A stretch of DNA of 64,000 bases from Dehalococcoidia bacterium (GCA_963662435.1 OY759598.1:776507-840506); one strand, 5' to 3'. Positions 1 to 11,087 are shown, numbered from the stretch's first letter. The notes: a model not told the origin generated them from the sequence alone. Program-made: numbers and translations.

Positions 1-84
1 TGGGGAAGAAATGGATTAAATTTCGTGGCAATAGGGCACGGGTCTTCGAGATGGAATGCGGAGATCGTTTGACTGAGGTTCTTC

Positions 85-3000
85 GTGACTAACCCCTCCG
101 AAACCCTCTTCGGCCTACGCGGCCACCCTTGGAAGCCCGGCTATTTGCCTGCCGATTCTCCGCTGACTTCATTCTACGTCCCCGCTCTGGAGAGATCGGT
201 GCGGTACGACCGCATCGCGGGGTTCTTCTCTTCCGCGGCGCTGTCCGTCGCGGCGCAGGGAATAGCCAGTATGATCACTCGGGGCGGCCGCATGAGGCTA
301 CTGGTGGGCGCGCAACTTTCGCAGCGCGACGTGGACGCGATCCTCAGAGGCGTCGAGTTGCGGGACGCGCTGGCACGGCAGTTCCGTGGCCTCCTGACTG
401 ATCCTGCCGCACTTGCAGACCATCTGGTCAAGCGCAGGCTGGAGGCGTTGGCGTGGCTGGCGGCGAATGACCGTCTGCAGATACGAGTCGTTGTGGAGGC
501 AGACCCGCAGACGGGCGTCCCCATGGTTTCGGACGGCTACTTCCATGCAAAGTCGGGGATACTGCATGATGAGACCGGGGACGGCATCGCCTTCTCCGGC
601 AGCATCAACGAGACCGCGACAGCGTGGAAAGGCAATTATGAGAGCTTCAAGGTGTTCACTTCGTGGGAGGACACCAAGTATTTTCAGGGGGAGGTGGAGA
701 CGTTCGAGCGAATTTGGAAGGACGCAGAGGTCGGATGGAGAACGGTCGATCTGCCGGACGCCGCGCGCGAGGAGTTGCTCACGCTCACCCCGTCGAAGCA
801 TCCCTCGTCCGTTGATCCCGCGCTCGACGCTGAGGCGGACTCTGCCGACAACGCCAACTGGATCGCGCAATTCGTTCGGGATGCGCCGTATCTTGTCGAT
901 AACGGGCGGTACGTGGGTGTGGAAACCTCCGCTGTGGAACCGTTCCCACACCAGCGCGCTGTCGCCTACGACATCCTGAGCAGGTTCCCATGCAACCACC
1001 TGCTCGCCGACGAAGTGGGCTTGGGCAAGACCATCGAGGCGGGACTGATCTTGCGGTCGCTGCTGATTAGCGGTCGCGCCAAGCGGTGCCTGATCCTTGT
1101 TCCCCGTTCCTTAGCGAGGCAGTGGCAGGAAGAATTGCGGGATCGTTTTCTGATACGAGCGCCTTTCTACGACGGTCGGCAGTACCTGTGGTTTGACCAG
1201 CCTCGCGATAGGTCCGAGACGGTACCGCCTGATGCCGGTCCGTGGGAGCATGCCCCAGTTGTTATTGCCTCTGCGCAGATGGTGAAGCGACAAGAGAGGG
1301 CGAAGGAGCTTCTAAACGCGCCTCCCTGGGATATCGTGATGGTCGACGAGGCTCACCACGCGCGCCGCCGCGAATTCGGAACTAGACGGTATCGCCCCAA
1401 CCGGCTGCTGCAGCTTCTCGAAAGTCTCGCCGACCGTACCAAGTCTCTCATTCTGCTCACCGCCACACCCATGCAGGTCAACCCCGTCGAGGTGTGGGAC
1501 CTACTCCGTCTTCTCGGATTGCCCGACGAGTGGAGCAACCCGGACGACTTCGTTGAATACTTCCGGTCGAGCAAGCTCTCACATGAAGACGTGGACTGGG
1601 AGCTTGTCCAGCCGATGTTGCGAGCGTCGGTCCAGCGATGGGGATGGGACGACGACCTTCAGCCCGGTGGCAGCGACCTGGGACCTGTCGGCGCTGCAAA
1701 GCTGAAGCTGGCCGTCGAATCTTCGTCTACTCGCTCCATGAGGATTTTCGACGCCGAACAGCGCGCCCGGGTGATGGGACTAATGCGAACGTGTAATCCG
1801 GTGGCATACGGCGTTCACCGCCATACTCGGAACCTGCTCAGGCAGTACTACGAACGAGGGTTGATCACTCAACACATCCCGAATCGCGACCCACAGAGTG
1901 TCTGGCTGGAGATGTCGCCCGACGAGAACGAGTTGTATGAGGATGTCGAGAGGTACATCAGCCACTACTACAATCAGTACGAGGAAGAACGCCCTGGTCT
2001 GGGATTCGTGATGACGATCTATCGGCGTAGGTTGACGTCGGGACTTTATGCGTTGGGAGAGAGCCTGAAACGTCGCAGGGGCTTCCTGCTGGGCCAGTGG
2101 AAAGGGCAGTATCCCCAAGGCTTTCCGGAAGAAGACATAGAAGATGACGATCTGACCTCCGACATGAGCGAGGCGATAGAGTCTCCATCTGCATATTCCT
2201 CCGAGGAGGTAGGAGAGATTGAGCGTCTTCTCAGGAAGCTCGACCGCCTTCCATCCGAGACCAAGCTTGAGAGGGTGCTGAACGATATAGACGATGAACT
2301 GCGGCGGGCCGACCAGATCATCGTTTTCACGCAGTACACCGACACAATGGATAGCCTGCGTGACCACCTCAAGCCCACATATGGAAGCACGCTTGGTTGC
2401 TACTCAGGACGTGGGGGCGAGCAGTGGGATCTTGAGAACGAGTCTTGGAGGGGTATGAGCAAGGAGCGGCTTCAGCGGGAGTTCTCCGAGGGTCGGATCA
2501 AGGTGCTTGTGTGCACGGACGCGGCTGCCGAAGGGCTCAATCTCCAGAACTGTGGTTCAATGTTCAACTACGACATGCCGTGGAATCCAATGAAGGTCGA
2601 GCAGCGGATAGGCCGCATCGACCGCATTGGACAGCAAAGGACTGAGGTCAGGATCAGGCACTTCCTGTACGAAGGCACTGTGGAATCGGATGTCTACGCG
2701 GCGCTGGGGACGCGTATCGACTGGTTTGAGATGGTTGTCGGCGACCTCCAGCCGATATTACAGGTCGTCCAGAAGACCATACGCAGGGCCGCGATGACGC
2801 TAGGTAAAGAGCGGGAACGGTATCTCCAAGAAGGTATCCATGAGTTGAGTCAGGGCGATAATACTGCCCCATCGCCCCTCTCCGACTGGGAGCCTGGCCA
2901 GAATCCACCTGCCCCGCGCGCGCCATTGACCCTCAAGGACCTTAGAAGATTGGCGAGTGTGGATGGGCCGTGGAGGTCACTCATCAGGCCGGGCAACGAA

Positions 3001-3339
3001 GACGGCACTTTCCACCTACAGAACAACCAACGACTGCTGACCTTCGACACATCAATAGCGGAATCTGATGGAGTTACTCTCTGCACTTACAATATCTCAG
3101 AGTTCGACAGGCTAACCTCCCTGCCGACCCCTCGACCTCGCCCAGATATCTTGCGGCTGGAAAGCAACAGAGAGCAACAGACCATCGGGTACTTCGGGTG
3201 GAACAGAGGGGACTGGAGATGTGTGACATCGTTGAATGAACTAAAGTCATTGCTAGATGCTACGCAACCCAACAAAGCACCTGATACTGCCTCAGCAGCA
3301 CGCCTCTTCAAAGAGGTTGTACGAGAAGCTGAGGCGTAA
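85..3339 (+). CDS. SNF2-family helicase with N-terminal PLD (HKD) nuclease domain, probable defence/RM-like system component
   Basis: PLD-type motif FHAKSGIL...FSGSINET; Walker A LADEVGLGKT; DEAHH; LLTATP; helicase-C motifs TDAAAEGLNLQ and WNPMKVEQRIGRIDRIGQ. Confidence 0.9.
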   Translation: MTNPSETLFGLRGHPWKPGYLPADSPLTSFYVPALERSVRYDRIAGFFSSAALSVAAQGIASMITRGGRMRLLVGAQLSQRDVDAILRGVELRDALARQFRGLLTDPAALADHLVKRRLEALAWLAANDRLQIRVVVEADPQTGVPMVSDGYFHAKSGILHDETGDGIAFSGSINETATAWKGNYESFKVFTSWEDTKYFQGEVETFERIWKDAEVGWRTVDLPDAAREELLTLTPSKHPSSVDPALDAEADSADNANWIAQFVRDAPYLVDNGRYVGVETSAVEPFPHQRAVAYDILSRFPCNHLLADEVGLGKTIEAGLILRSLLISGRAKRCLILVPRSLARQWQEELRDRFLIRAPFYDGRQYLWFDQPRDRSETVPPDAGPWEHAPVVIASAQMVKRQERAKELLNAPPWDIVMVDEAHHARRREFGTRRYRPNRLLQLLESLADRTKSLILLTATPMQVNPVEVWDLLRLLGLPDEWSNPDDFVEYFRSSKLSHEDVDWELVQPMLRASVQRWGWDDDLQPGGSDLGPVGAAKLKLAVESSSTRSMRIFDAEQRARVMGLMRTCNPVAYGVHRHTRNLLRQYYERGLITQHIPNRDPQSVWLEMSPDENELYEDVERYISHYYNQYEEERPGLGFVMTIYRRRLTSGLYALGESLKRRRGFLLGQWKGQYPQGFPEEDIEDDDLTSDMSEAIESPSAYSSEEVGEIERLLRKLDRLPSETKLERVLNDIDDELRRADQIIVFTQYTDTMDSLRDHLKPTYGSTLGCYSGRGGEQWDLENESWRGMSKERLQREFSEGRIKVLVCTDAAAEGLNLQNCGSMFNYDMPWNPMKVEQRIGRIDRIGQQRTEVRIRHFLYEGTVESDVYAALGTRIDWFEMVVGDLQPILQVVQKTIRRAAMTLGKERERYLQEGIHELSQGDNTAPSPLSDWEPGQNPPAPRAPLTLKDLRRLASVDGPWRSLIRPGNEDGTFHLQNNQRLLTFDTSIAESDGVTLCTYNISEFDRLTSLPTPRPRPDILRLESNREQQTIGYFGWNRGDWRCVTSLNELKSLLDATQPNKAPDTASAARLFKEVVREAEA

Positions 3340-3638
3340 GCCAAACAACTATGGAACTCCCAGCGCAGTCCTTTTACGTTGCAGCGTATGATCCATGTTC
3401 ATCACAGTCTCCCTACAATGAACACCTCACCGGGTCATAGTCATATAAAGAGACCCCATCGCCGCCCGGGCAGACCCGTACGCCACAATGCAAAAGAACC
3501 GCCTCAGACTCAAGTTCAGGTGGTTCTTCCAGGTACGTTTGACGTAGATCGAGGCAGCCGTTACTTCAAAGCCGCTGGCATTCCTTAAGATTAGGGTTGG
3601 CAAGAGTAGCACCAAGCTCTAATCTTCGCGTGTCTACT

Positions 3639-4205
3639 TCATTGCGGGGAGTTCTTGGCGGCGATGCATTCCCTGACGACTATCGGAAACGTATTTAGAA
3701 ACTTACTCGCCACTTGGTAATCTTCGTAGATTTCTTCTAGGGTCTTGTCTAGTTGGAAGTCGGCGTAGTTTCTGTGAACCAATTGATTTCTAAGGTGGCC
3801 TATCTCTAAGAAGGCCTTCACTGATTCGCTCAAACCTTGATCTTCCCGCACCCTTATTTTCATAATGTCCGCAAAGTCAGTTCCAAACAGTTTGTAGAAC
3901 GAGTTAGCATTGGGGCTGTCCCAATTGAACAAGCTAGAAAAACTGTTTCCAATAGCCTTTCGCCTTACAAATGCCGACAAGATTCCCGCACCTTGGTCTG
4001 CTTCGCCGTATAGGTCAACAATAGTCTGAGTCAATTGAACCTCAAAGTAGCTAGCTGCTGCGATTAGTAGCGTCTTCCTGAAAGAGTCCTGCACTCTCGA
4101 AAGGAGTTGGATCTGCCTACTGGCTTGTAAGTAATTCACTAAAGAGGCGTGGTCATTCCACAGCTCTTCGATTCGATTGTTTATCGCAAGCCCGTGCTCG
4201 GTCAT
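3639..4205 (-). CDS. HEPN-domain protein (putative RNase effector)
   Basis: Rx4H motif RNQLVH near the C-terminus; SYFE helix; 3 bp downstream of the DUF262 gene; lower GC than flanks. Confidence 0.7.
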   Translation of the reverse strand: MTEHGLAINNRIEELWNDHASLVNYLQASRQIQLLSRVQDSFRKTLLIAAASYFEVQLTQTIVDLYGEADQGAGILSAFVRRKAIGNSFSSLFNWDSPNANSFYKLFGTDFADIMKIRVREDQGLSESVKAFLEIGHLRNQLVHRNYADFQLDKTLEEIYEDYQVASKFLNTFPIVVRECIAAKNSPQ

Positions 4206-4208
4206 GGT

Positions 4209-5405
4209 TTAGTCCAGAACTAGAATCTGCCGAGCTCGCTCAAGACGTTTCTTAACATTAGCAAGGCTCGTGGTTTGACTTTGCGTGGCGCCGCGAAAGT
4301 CCTCGTCGTCCTTAAGACGAATTAGCGATTCTAGATTGATCTTGCCTTTCACAGTCCCGCTTTTCCGATATGGTTTATTGCAGGCTGCAACAAATACCGA
4401 CTCAAAGATCATGGGGCTGAATCGCCCTTGAGTGCTATGAAACGCATCCGCAGGGAGACCCTCGCAACTCTTCAGGAATGATTCGAGCAAAGCGTCCAAT
4501 CGTTCGAGCGTTACTTTCCTGAACGATCTGGCTTGCTGAGAGAATGTATTCAGAAACTTGACCATGGACGGGCGATAGGTCTCTTCGTTGATGAGCATGG
4601 CGAACCCACGAAGCAGTATCTCCACGTCCCTCATGTGAATGTCAGGAATCTCCTTTCCTACCAATTGACGCCATTCGACCTTCGTGTTGGTTCTGTAAAG
4701 CATGTCATAGAATTCGGAATCGAAGGTACATCTTCGTATTTCTTGTGGAGTTAGGTTGACGCCACCAGAATTTAGCCGATTGAAAATCTCATACATCGCA
4801 TGATCACCGGCTGGACCAACCTGCCTTACGATAATGTGCCTGATAGTGCGAATGTTGAATGACGATCGGTGTTCGTCATCTAGACTTGAGTAATCGAGAC
4901 GATGGAAGCGGTTGGGTCGTCCAGGAAGACTTTCTGGCAAGTTGAGGCGAAAGTCTGTGAAGTACTCATCCTTATTGAGAATTTGTGAGGGTATGGCGCT
5001 TTGTTCCTTCAAGTCTAGGCGAAGAGTCGCCAGTTGTTCCTTACGTGGAAATCTACCCTTGACAAAGTAATAGATCGACATTAGACGCTGTTGTCCATCA
5101 ATTACTAAATAGTTGTTACCCTTCTTTTCGTAAAGGAATATCTGAGGAACAGGCAACCCAACAATCATTGATTCGATGAGGCGTGAAGCGCGCTTGACGT
5201 CCCAAATGAAATTTCGTTGGAAACCTGGGATATTGACAACGCCTGAGTCGATGAAATCCACGAGGGTCTTGGTATTGAAGTCGTTCGGCGATGATACCAA
5301 GTCGAATTGGTCGATTGGATAGGAATCATCACCTGAACCGTTGTCGCCCACATCCGGTTCATACTGGTTGTCTTCAAGGTCTTGCGATGGAGTTGATAGT
5401 GTCAT
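4209..5405 (-). CDS. DUF262 (ParB/Srx-like, GmrS-type) domain protein
   Basis: FQRNFIW, LIESMIVGLPVP, VIDGQQRL and IFNRLNSGG motifs; start moved to ATG 5405 because the ORF's upstream extension overlaps a pseudogene. Confidence 0.85.
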   Translation of the reverse strand: MTLSTPSQDLEDNQYEPDVGDNGSGDDSYPIDQFDLVSSPNDFNTKTLVDFIDSGVVNIPGFQRNFIWDVKRASRLIESMIVGLPVPQIFLYEKKGNNYLVIDGQQRLMSIYYFVKGRFPRKEQLATLRLDLKEQSAIPSQILNKDEYFTDFRLNLPESLPGRPNRFHRLDYSSLDDEHRSSFNIRTIRHIIVRQVGPAGDHAMYEIFNRLNSGGVNLTPQEIRRCTFDSEFYDMLYRTNTKVEWRQLVGKEIPDIHMRDVEILLRGFAMLINEETYRPSMVKFLNTFSQQARSFRKVTLERLDALLESFLKSCEGLPADAFHSTQGRFSPMIFESVFVAACNKPYRKSGTVKGKINLESLIRLKDDEDFRGATQSQTTSLANVKKRLERARQILVLD

Positions 5406-5515
5406 CAGCGAGCCTTTCGCGATTTGGTATGTTTCTCGCCAAGCACCTACCTGGCCCGGCATGTCGTGAGTTGAATTGTACCAATCGTCGCAGTGTTGCG
5501 CTATTGACCCCACTG

Positions 5516-5870
5516 TCACACGCCACAGTGCCCCTCGCACTAGCTTCCGAACCCGTCCATCCGCCTATCGGCCCCCGACTCCGCCTCATCGAGGGCAACA
5601 GCCTGGGCCAGTGGCAGTCTGCGGGAGTACAGGTACGGCTCATTGGCGAATGCCAGTCCACCTCACATGCTGGCGTCAATCTCCACTGCCTCGATGAACA
5701 ACTCCGGCTAACGGCGCTTCGTCTCGACCCAACATTGGCGTGACTGGTAAGGACAGGCGACGCACCCCGAGCGTTCAAGCGGCCCGGTCGTGGCCGGGCG
5801 GCCCATCACTCGGCGCAGTCCATCAGGGAAATCCCTGCTTCGATGAGCGGGTAGCGGTTCATAATCCACC
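5516..5870 (-). pseudogene. Remnant of a phage/ICE-type PAPS-reductase-like (adenine nucleotide alpha hydrolase) gene
   Basis: Manual translation gives NRYPLIEAGIS...ERSGCVACPYQS...KRR*PELFIEAVEID...DGFGS*CEGHCGV*, with several in-frame stops and a frameshift. Confidence 0.6.
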
Positions 5871-5930
5871 GGTCCCAGGAGAGTATCAGGCTTCCTTCCC
5901 TCCGTCGTCCGCGACGGCGTTGGATACGCG

Positions 5931-6248
5931 GTGTCACTCGAGGGGCGGAACGATGCCTGGGCGACCTTCCTTATTCAGATGGAGTCCAACGAACTGACCA
6001 AGCGAATAATCGACGAATTGCAGAATTACCAAGAAGACATTGAGCCGAGGACCGATGCTGGACCCAGCCCGGAATGGCACTGGCTGAGGCATGACAGGTA
6101 CACGTCCTCCAGCATAAACGTCAGAAGAGATGTGTCCATCGACGATCCACCAGAGGTGCTGGAACGGACTAGGACATGGATGCTTGACCTCCTTCCCAAG
6201 TTCAAGGAAGTCTTCGACCAGAGTGTGGCAGACATTCTCCAACTGTAG
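5931..6248 (+). pseudogene. C-terminal fragment of a DUF4268-like protein
   Basis: Sequence resembles DUF4268 C-termini (EWHW...WMLDLLPKFKEVF); no convincing start or RBS; abuts the other remnant. Confidence 0.4.
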
Positions 6249-6577
6249 TCATCGAAGAGTGACCCGTGATTTCAAGTCAGGCCGTTCTTGACCGTACAGG
6301 ACAGTCTCGAAGTCCTTTGAATTGCGGTACGTTTTGGATTGTGTGACCGGTGGATGATGCTTCACCATCCAGCGAATGGGTAGTAGCCGAGAAGTCGACG
6401 GCACACGAGGCGTGTTATGGCGGCGTTCGCATGCGCGCATGCACTCGATCTCGTCAACAGTTAATGGCTCCAAGTAGTCACACTTCGGTTCAAGGTCGCT
6501 CGTTTCGCTCGCTGGCTGGGGAGCCATACCGCATATTCTTTCGGGGCTCACACTGGAAATAGTAGAATATTTGTCCA

Positions 6578-6760
6578 ATGACAGCAGAGAAAATCAGAGT
6601 CGGCGCCCACGCCTTGCTGTTTGCGCTGGCGGTCGTCGTGTTCTACGTCGGACTGGGAGTGGGACTTCAGTTCAATCCCGCACTTGGCACAATTCTCTGG
6701 ATCGTCGCTGCCGCAACGATCACGTTGAATCTGTTCTGGATCATCCGGTCGCGAGGGTAG
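6578..6760 (+). CDS. Small two-TM membrane protein
   Basis: 60 aa with two clear hydrophobic segments. Confidence 0.55.
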   Translation: MTAEKIRVGAHALLFALAVVVFYVGLGVGLQFNPALGTILWIVAAATITLNLFWIIRSRG

Positions 6761-7024
6761 CATCGGCCCCGGACTAGAGACTGGGAACTTCCCAGATGGT
6801 CACGGCGTAACGACCCTCCTCCGTCAGCCTCTCTGTGTCTGCCGGGTCGGAACATAGTTGTCGAATGGTTCAGTGAGCGATTGTCTCCACAGGGCCAGTC
6901 TTGCGACGGCGTATGCCCTACGCCACATTGGAAGGAACCAATGTGCAATTAGTTGAGTCGACTTGCACATACACATAAATGGAGCGTTGACTCGGAACGA
7001 TAACTACAAGGGTGAGACAAGATT

Positions 7025-8374
7025 ATGAGGAACGACCGCAGAGAAGATCAAAGAGAACCACAGCCCAAGCCGCTTGAAGAGCTCTTGAGAGCCGGCGAAG
7101 CCGACATCTATGGGCAGGTTTGCTGGTCGATAGCCAACCGCGGAACGGAACGACCCAGAGTGGGGGAAGTCATAACACTGAAAGGCGATGATGAAATCAG
7201 GGGCAACATAAGTGAGACTTATCGCCTTACTCACAGGAGCATTGAGAACATCGAACGGTGCCTGGGGATGAAGACCTGTGGAGAGGCGGTGGACCTGTTT
7301 GCGGAGGAGAGAGGGCCAGTGCCATCGGGTGAGCCCTCAGGAGAATGCCCGCACGGCCATCAGGAAGCAGCGTTGGCGTACATGATGTACGGCGTCGAAC
7401 CCACCGAGCCATGCCCCGAGTGCGGAGAGATTCCAATGTTCTCCGATCCAGCGAAGAGCCTCGGTTTCAACGCGGATGGGCCCGTCAAGGGTGTGGACGG
7501 GAGAGAATATGTTCTCTGCCCTGAGTGTGGCGAAGATGCCTTGGAACTTAAGGGAGAAACCCCTGTGGATTGGGGATGGAACATCGTTTGCCTGAATTGC
7601 GACTGGGAGACTAAACAGGCTGAGAGACTTGACATAAGGCAGTACTGCGATCTCATGGAAGAGGTCAAGTCCAGGGTCGATTCGATCAACAGATTTATGG
7701 AAGTACCCGGGATCACGATTCGAGACCGAGTGGAGTCAATCTGCCTCCAACTGCGGATGCTGCTCGAACTCATCGTCTTCTGTTCCCTGGTTTCCAACAA
7801 GGACGCGTGGCAGAAATCTCGGAAGGAACTGCAAAGCTCCCAGAACATAAGTAAGAAGCTGAAGGAACTGAAGCGACTCCATCCCAATTTCTATCCGAGA
7901 CCGGTAGATCTTGAGTCAAAGGTCTTAAGGGAAGAGCCAGCTGATCGTGCGGAAGGATTCCTCAGTGAAGACCAGCTGATAGAGGTATACGGAACTCTCG
8001 GCAACATTCTTCATGCCGAGAACCCCATGGGGAGGGAAACCGACTACCGGTTCTTCATAGACGCGGTTCCAGAATGGATGTCTCAGATCCAGAATCTTCT
8101 GGAATGCCACAAGGTGTACCTCTTCCACCACCCGGAGGGGTTCTATCTGATAAAAATGTTTGGAGACGTGGATGGGGAGGTGATGCCCATCCGTTTCAAG
8201 ACGACCCCCGACGGGATAACTCGGTGCGCATGGCCCGACTGCGTCTCTTGGAGGTCACGGCTGTACTGCGAATACATTCAGCGACCCTGGAGAGAATGCC
8301 AGCTTCCCGAGTTGGAGGCCGAACAGACGCAGGCCAAGAGTGCGGTTAACGTATTCGACGGCCTCGCAGGCTGA
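7025..8374 (+). CDS. Hypothetical protein with Zn-ribbon motifs and a helical C-terminal domain
   Basis: 449-aa ORF; CPHGH, CPECG x2, CLNC; C-terminal ESICLQLR...LGNILH region and Cys cluster. Confidence 0.75.
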   Translation: MRNDRREDQREPQPKPLEELLRAGEADIYGQVCWSIANRGTERPRVGEVITLKGDDEIRGNISETYRLTHRSIENIERCLGMKTCGEAVDLFAEERGPVPSGEPSGECPHGHQEAALAYMMYGVEPTEPCPECGEIPMFSDPAKSLGFNADGPVKGVDGREYVLCPECGEDALELKGETPVDWGWNIVCLNCDWETKQAERLDIRQYCDLMEEVKSRVDSINRFMEVPGITIRDRVESICLQLRMLLELIVFCSLVSNKDAWQKSRKELQSSQNISKKLKELKRLHPNFYPRPVDLESKVLREEPADRAEGFLSEDQLIEVYGTLGNILHAENPMGRETDYRFFIDAVPEWMSQIQNLLECHKVYLFHHPEGFYLIKMFGDVDGEVMPIRFKTTPDGITRCAWPDCVSWRSRLYCEYIQRPWRECQLPELEAEQTQAKSAVNVFDGLAG

Positions 8375-8947
8375 CGTTAGTGAAGGCATCTGGGTACGTA
8401 GTATCGCGAGAGCACTGAGCATGGATGCAGTCCCGCCTCCAGCGAGGAGTTGGCCAAGATTGCCTCCTTCCCCCCTGCACTTGACGCAGTATAGGTGGTG
8501 AAGCGAACACCTCGACCTTCACTCCGTGCAAGTGCATAGTCAGTTACAGGGTGTCAAAGAGGTGGCGGAACCGGCAAGAGGTGTATGCCTTCCTGTCCGA
8601 AAGATAGGGATTCTGTTCTGAGAGACGGTACCGAAGTCAACTGTGGAGAACCCGAATGATGGACGACGAGAAAGTACAGATCGAACGGTTCCAATTCTTC
8701 TCAAATGCGATGCTAATCAAGTCGCTTTGCAGCGCACGGGCGTTCGAAAGAATAGAAGAGTTACGCGATCAGGTCCTCTCGAACTCTGACGTAAAGAAGG
8801 ATCACTTGGCCTTGGCTACAAGCTCGTCGTCCAGTTTGGGCTCTGGGGTCTGCTGGACCATCTCATCCAGTACCCGGAGACATTGGATCTGAGGGGAGAC
8901 CCCCATCTCCGTAGGTAGTGGAAATTCGTTCAGGGAGAAGAGTGATA

Positions 8948-11087
8948 GCTTCAATGGGGCCGCGACCTGACGGTCGCGGATAGGCGTTTTGATGCGGCTG
9001 TGGTTCAGGCTCAGGCGGCTTCGCTTCAATGGGGCCGCGACCTGACGGTCGCGGATAGGTGGGAGGCGGGTCCCTATGGTGGCAAGGTGGACTTGCTTCA
9101 ATGGGGCCGCGACCTGACGGTCGCGGATAGGGATCGGTATGCTGGTTGTCAAACAGGGGCCTCTATGGCTTCAATGGGGCCGCGACCTGACGGTCGCGGA
9201 TAGCTAAGGAGCGTAAATGGACGCCGAAACAGCGATAGCAGCGCTTCAATGGGGCCGCGACCTGACGGTCGCGGATAGGTTATCAATTCGCTCTAGGGTG
9301 TTCTGGTTCTCCCGCTTCAATGGGGCCGCGACCTGACGGTCGCGGATAGGCGCTGTCCGTCCGTGTCGGGAATCTGTCAAGAGACTCGCTTCAATGGGGC
9401 CGCGACCTGACGGTCGCGGATAGCTGTTGGCGATGGTGAAGGTCAGGTCGGCGCTGGTGCTTCAATGGGGCCGCGACCTGACGGTCGCGGATAGACCGAG
9501 CTCGTAATCGTTGCGAGTGGTGCGGAGCTGAGCTTCAATGGGGCCGCGACCTGACGGTCGCGGATAGCATGGGGGTCACAGCCGAACATCTGATTCGCGT
9601 GGGGCTTCAATGGGGCCGCGACCTGACGGTCGCGGATAGACCTGAAGGACGTATGAGGTGTTGCTGCTGAGGCTTGGCTTCAATGGGGCCGCGACCTGAC
9701 GGTCGCGGATAGTGGGACACGTTCACACGCCTTTTGTCGAAAGTGTCGGAGCTTCAATGGGGCCGCGACCTGACGGTCGCGGATAGATGAAACGCCAGGT
9801 CGAGTGAATTGACCAGGGCTAGCTTCAATGGGGCCGCGACCTGACGGTCGCGGATAGAACCTTTTTCGTAATCATCCAATCACCATCCGTTAGGCTTCAA
9901 TGGGGCCGCGACCTGACGGTCGCGGATAGGCTGATAAGCCCGATAACGAGCCTCAAAAACCCGCTGCGCTTCAATGGGGCCGCGACCTGACGGTCGCGGA
10001 TAGATGAAAATGGGGGACCTCCTGCTTAGTAAACTCCAGCGCTTCAATGGGGCCGCGACCTGACGGTCGCGGATAGCTACACGGCGGGAGCGTCGCCCAT
10101 CGAGGACGCGGTCGGGCTTCAATGGGGCCGCGACCTGACGGTCGCGGATAGACGTCTTTTCTACCGTGCGCTCCCCTCGGTAGTTGGGCTTCAATGGGGC
10201 CGCGACCTGACGGTCGCGGATAGAGGCGTCTGTGATCTACCTAGCGGCTCCCTACCGACACGCTTCAATGGGGCCGCGACCTGACGGTCGCGGATAGAGT
10301 TTGGCGGGTGGTGCGGCTGGGGCTCAGGAGGAGCTTCAATGGGGCCGCGACCTGACGGTCGCGGATAGCTCTTGTTGAGACGCGGATCGCCGCCGACGGT
10401 CAAGCTTCAATGGGGCCGCGACCTGACGGTCGCGGATAGACAATCAGCCCTATCGACAAACCCGCGAGCAACAAGCTTCAATGGGGCCGCGACCTGACGG
10501 TCGCGGATAGGTCCTGTGCCAAAGACGCGGCTTCGACGGCGACCCGGCTTCAATGGGGCCGCGACCTGACGGTCGCGGATAGGGCGACCTTGATCTCCTT
10601 CATAACCGTGTTTTGATTGGCTTCAATGGGGCCGCGACCTGACGGTCGCGGATAGCAAGGATCTCTCTGAAAGTCAACATTTCTTTCCGCTCAGCTTCAA
10701 TGGGGCCGCGACCTGACGGTCGCGGATAGCAACACACCGGAACTCAATCTCACGGGCTAGGACCGGGCTTCAATGGGGCCGCGACCTGACGGTCGCGGAT
10801 AGCTGAATGACAAGTACAAGGAGATGCTGGCACTGCTGCTTCAATGGGGCCGCGACCTGACGGTCGCGGATAGAGAGATGGTGCCCGTGCGGATGTAGGC
10901 TGCCAGGACGCTTCAATGGGGCCGCGACCTGACGGTCGCGGATAGATCGTAGAGGGCACGACACCTGACGGCCTGTATCTGCTTCAATGGGGCCGCGACC
11001 TGACGGTCGCGGATAGCTTGGCGATGGCGATACGCTATTCGAGGTTCACGTGCTTCAATGGGGCCGCGACCTGACGGTCGCGGATAG
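8948..11087 (-). CRISPR. CRISPR array, 30 identical 36-bp repeats and 29 spacers (35-39 bp), type I-G
   Basis: Repeat on + is GCTTCAATGGGGCCGCGACCTGACGGTCGCGGATAG; minus-strand sense ends ...ATTGAAGC; internal hairpin CCGCGACC/GGTCGCGG; adjacent to cas4-cas1. Confidence 0.99.

Noticed and set aside
8984..11051. Self-targeting spacers within the window
   Set aside because: No match or duplicate spacer seen by eye; an alignment is needed to exclude partial matches
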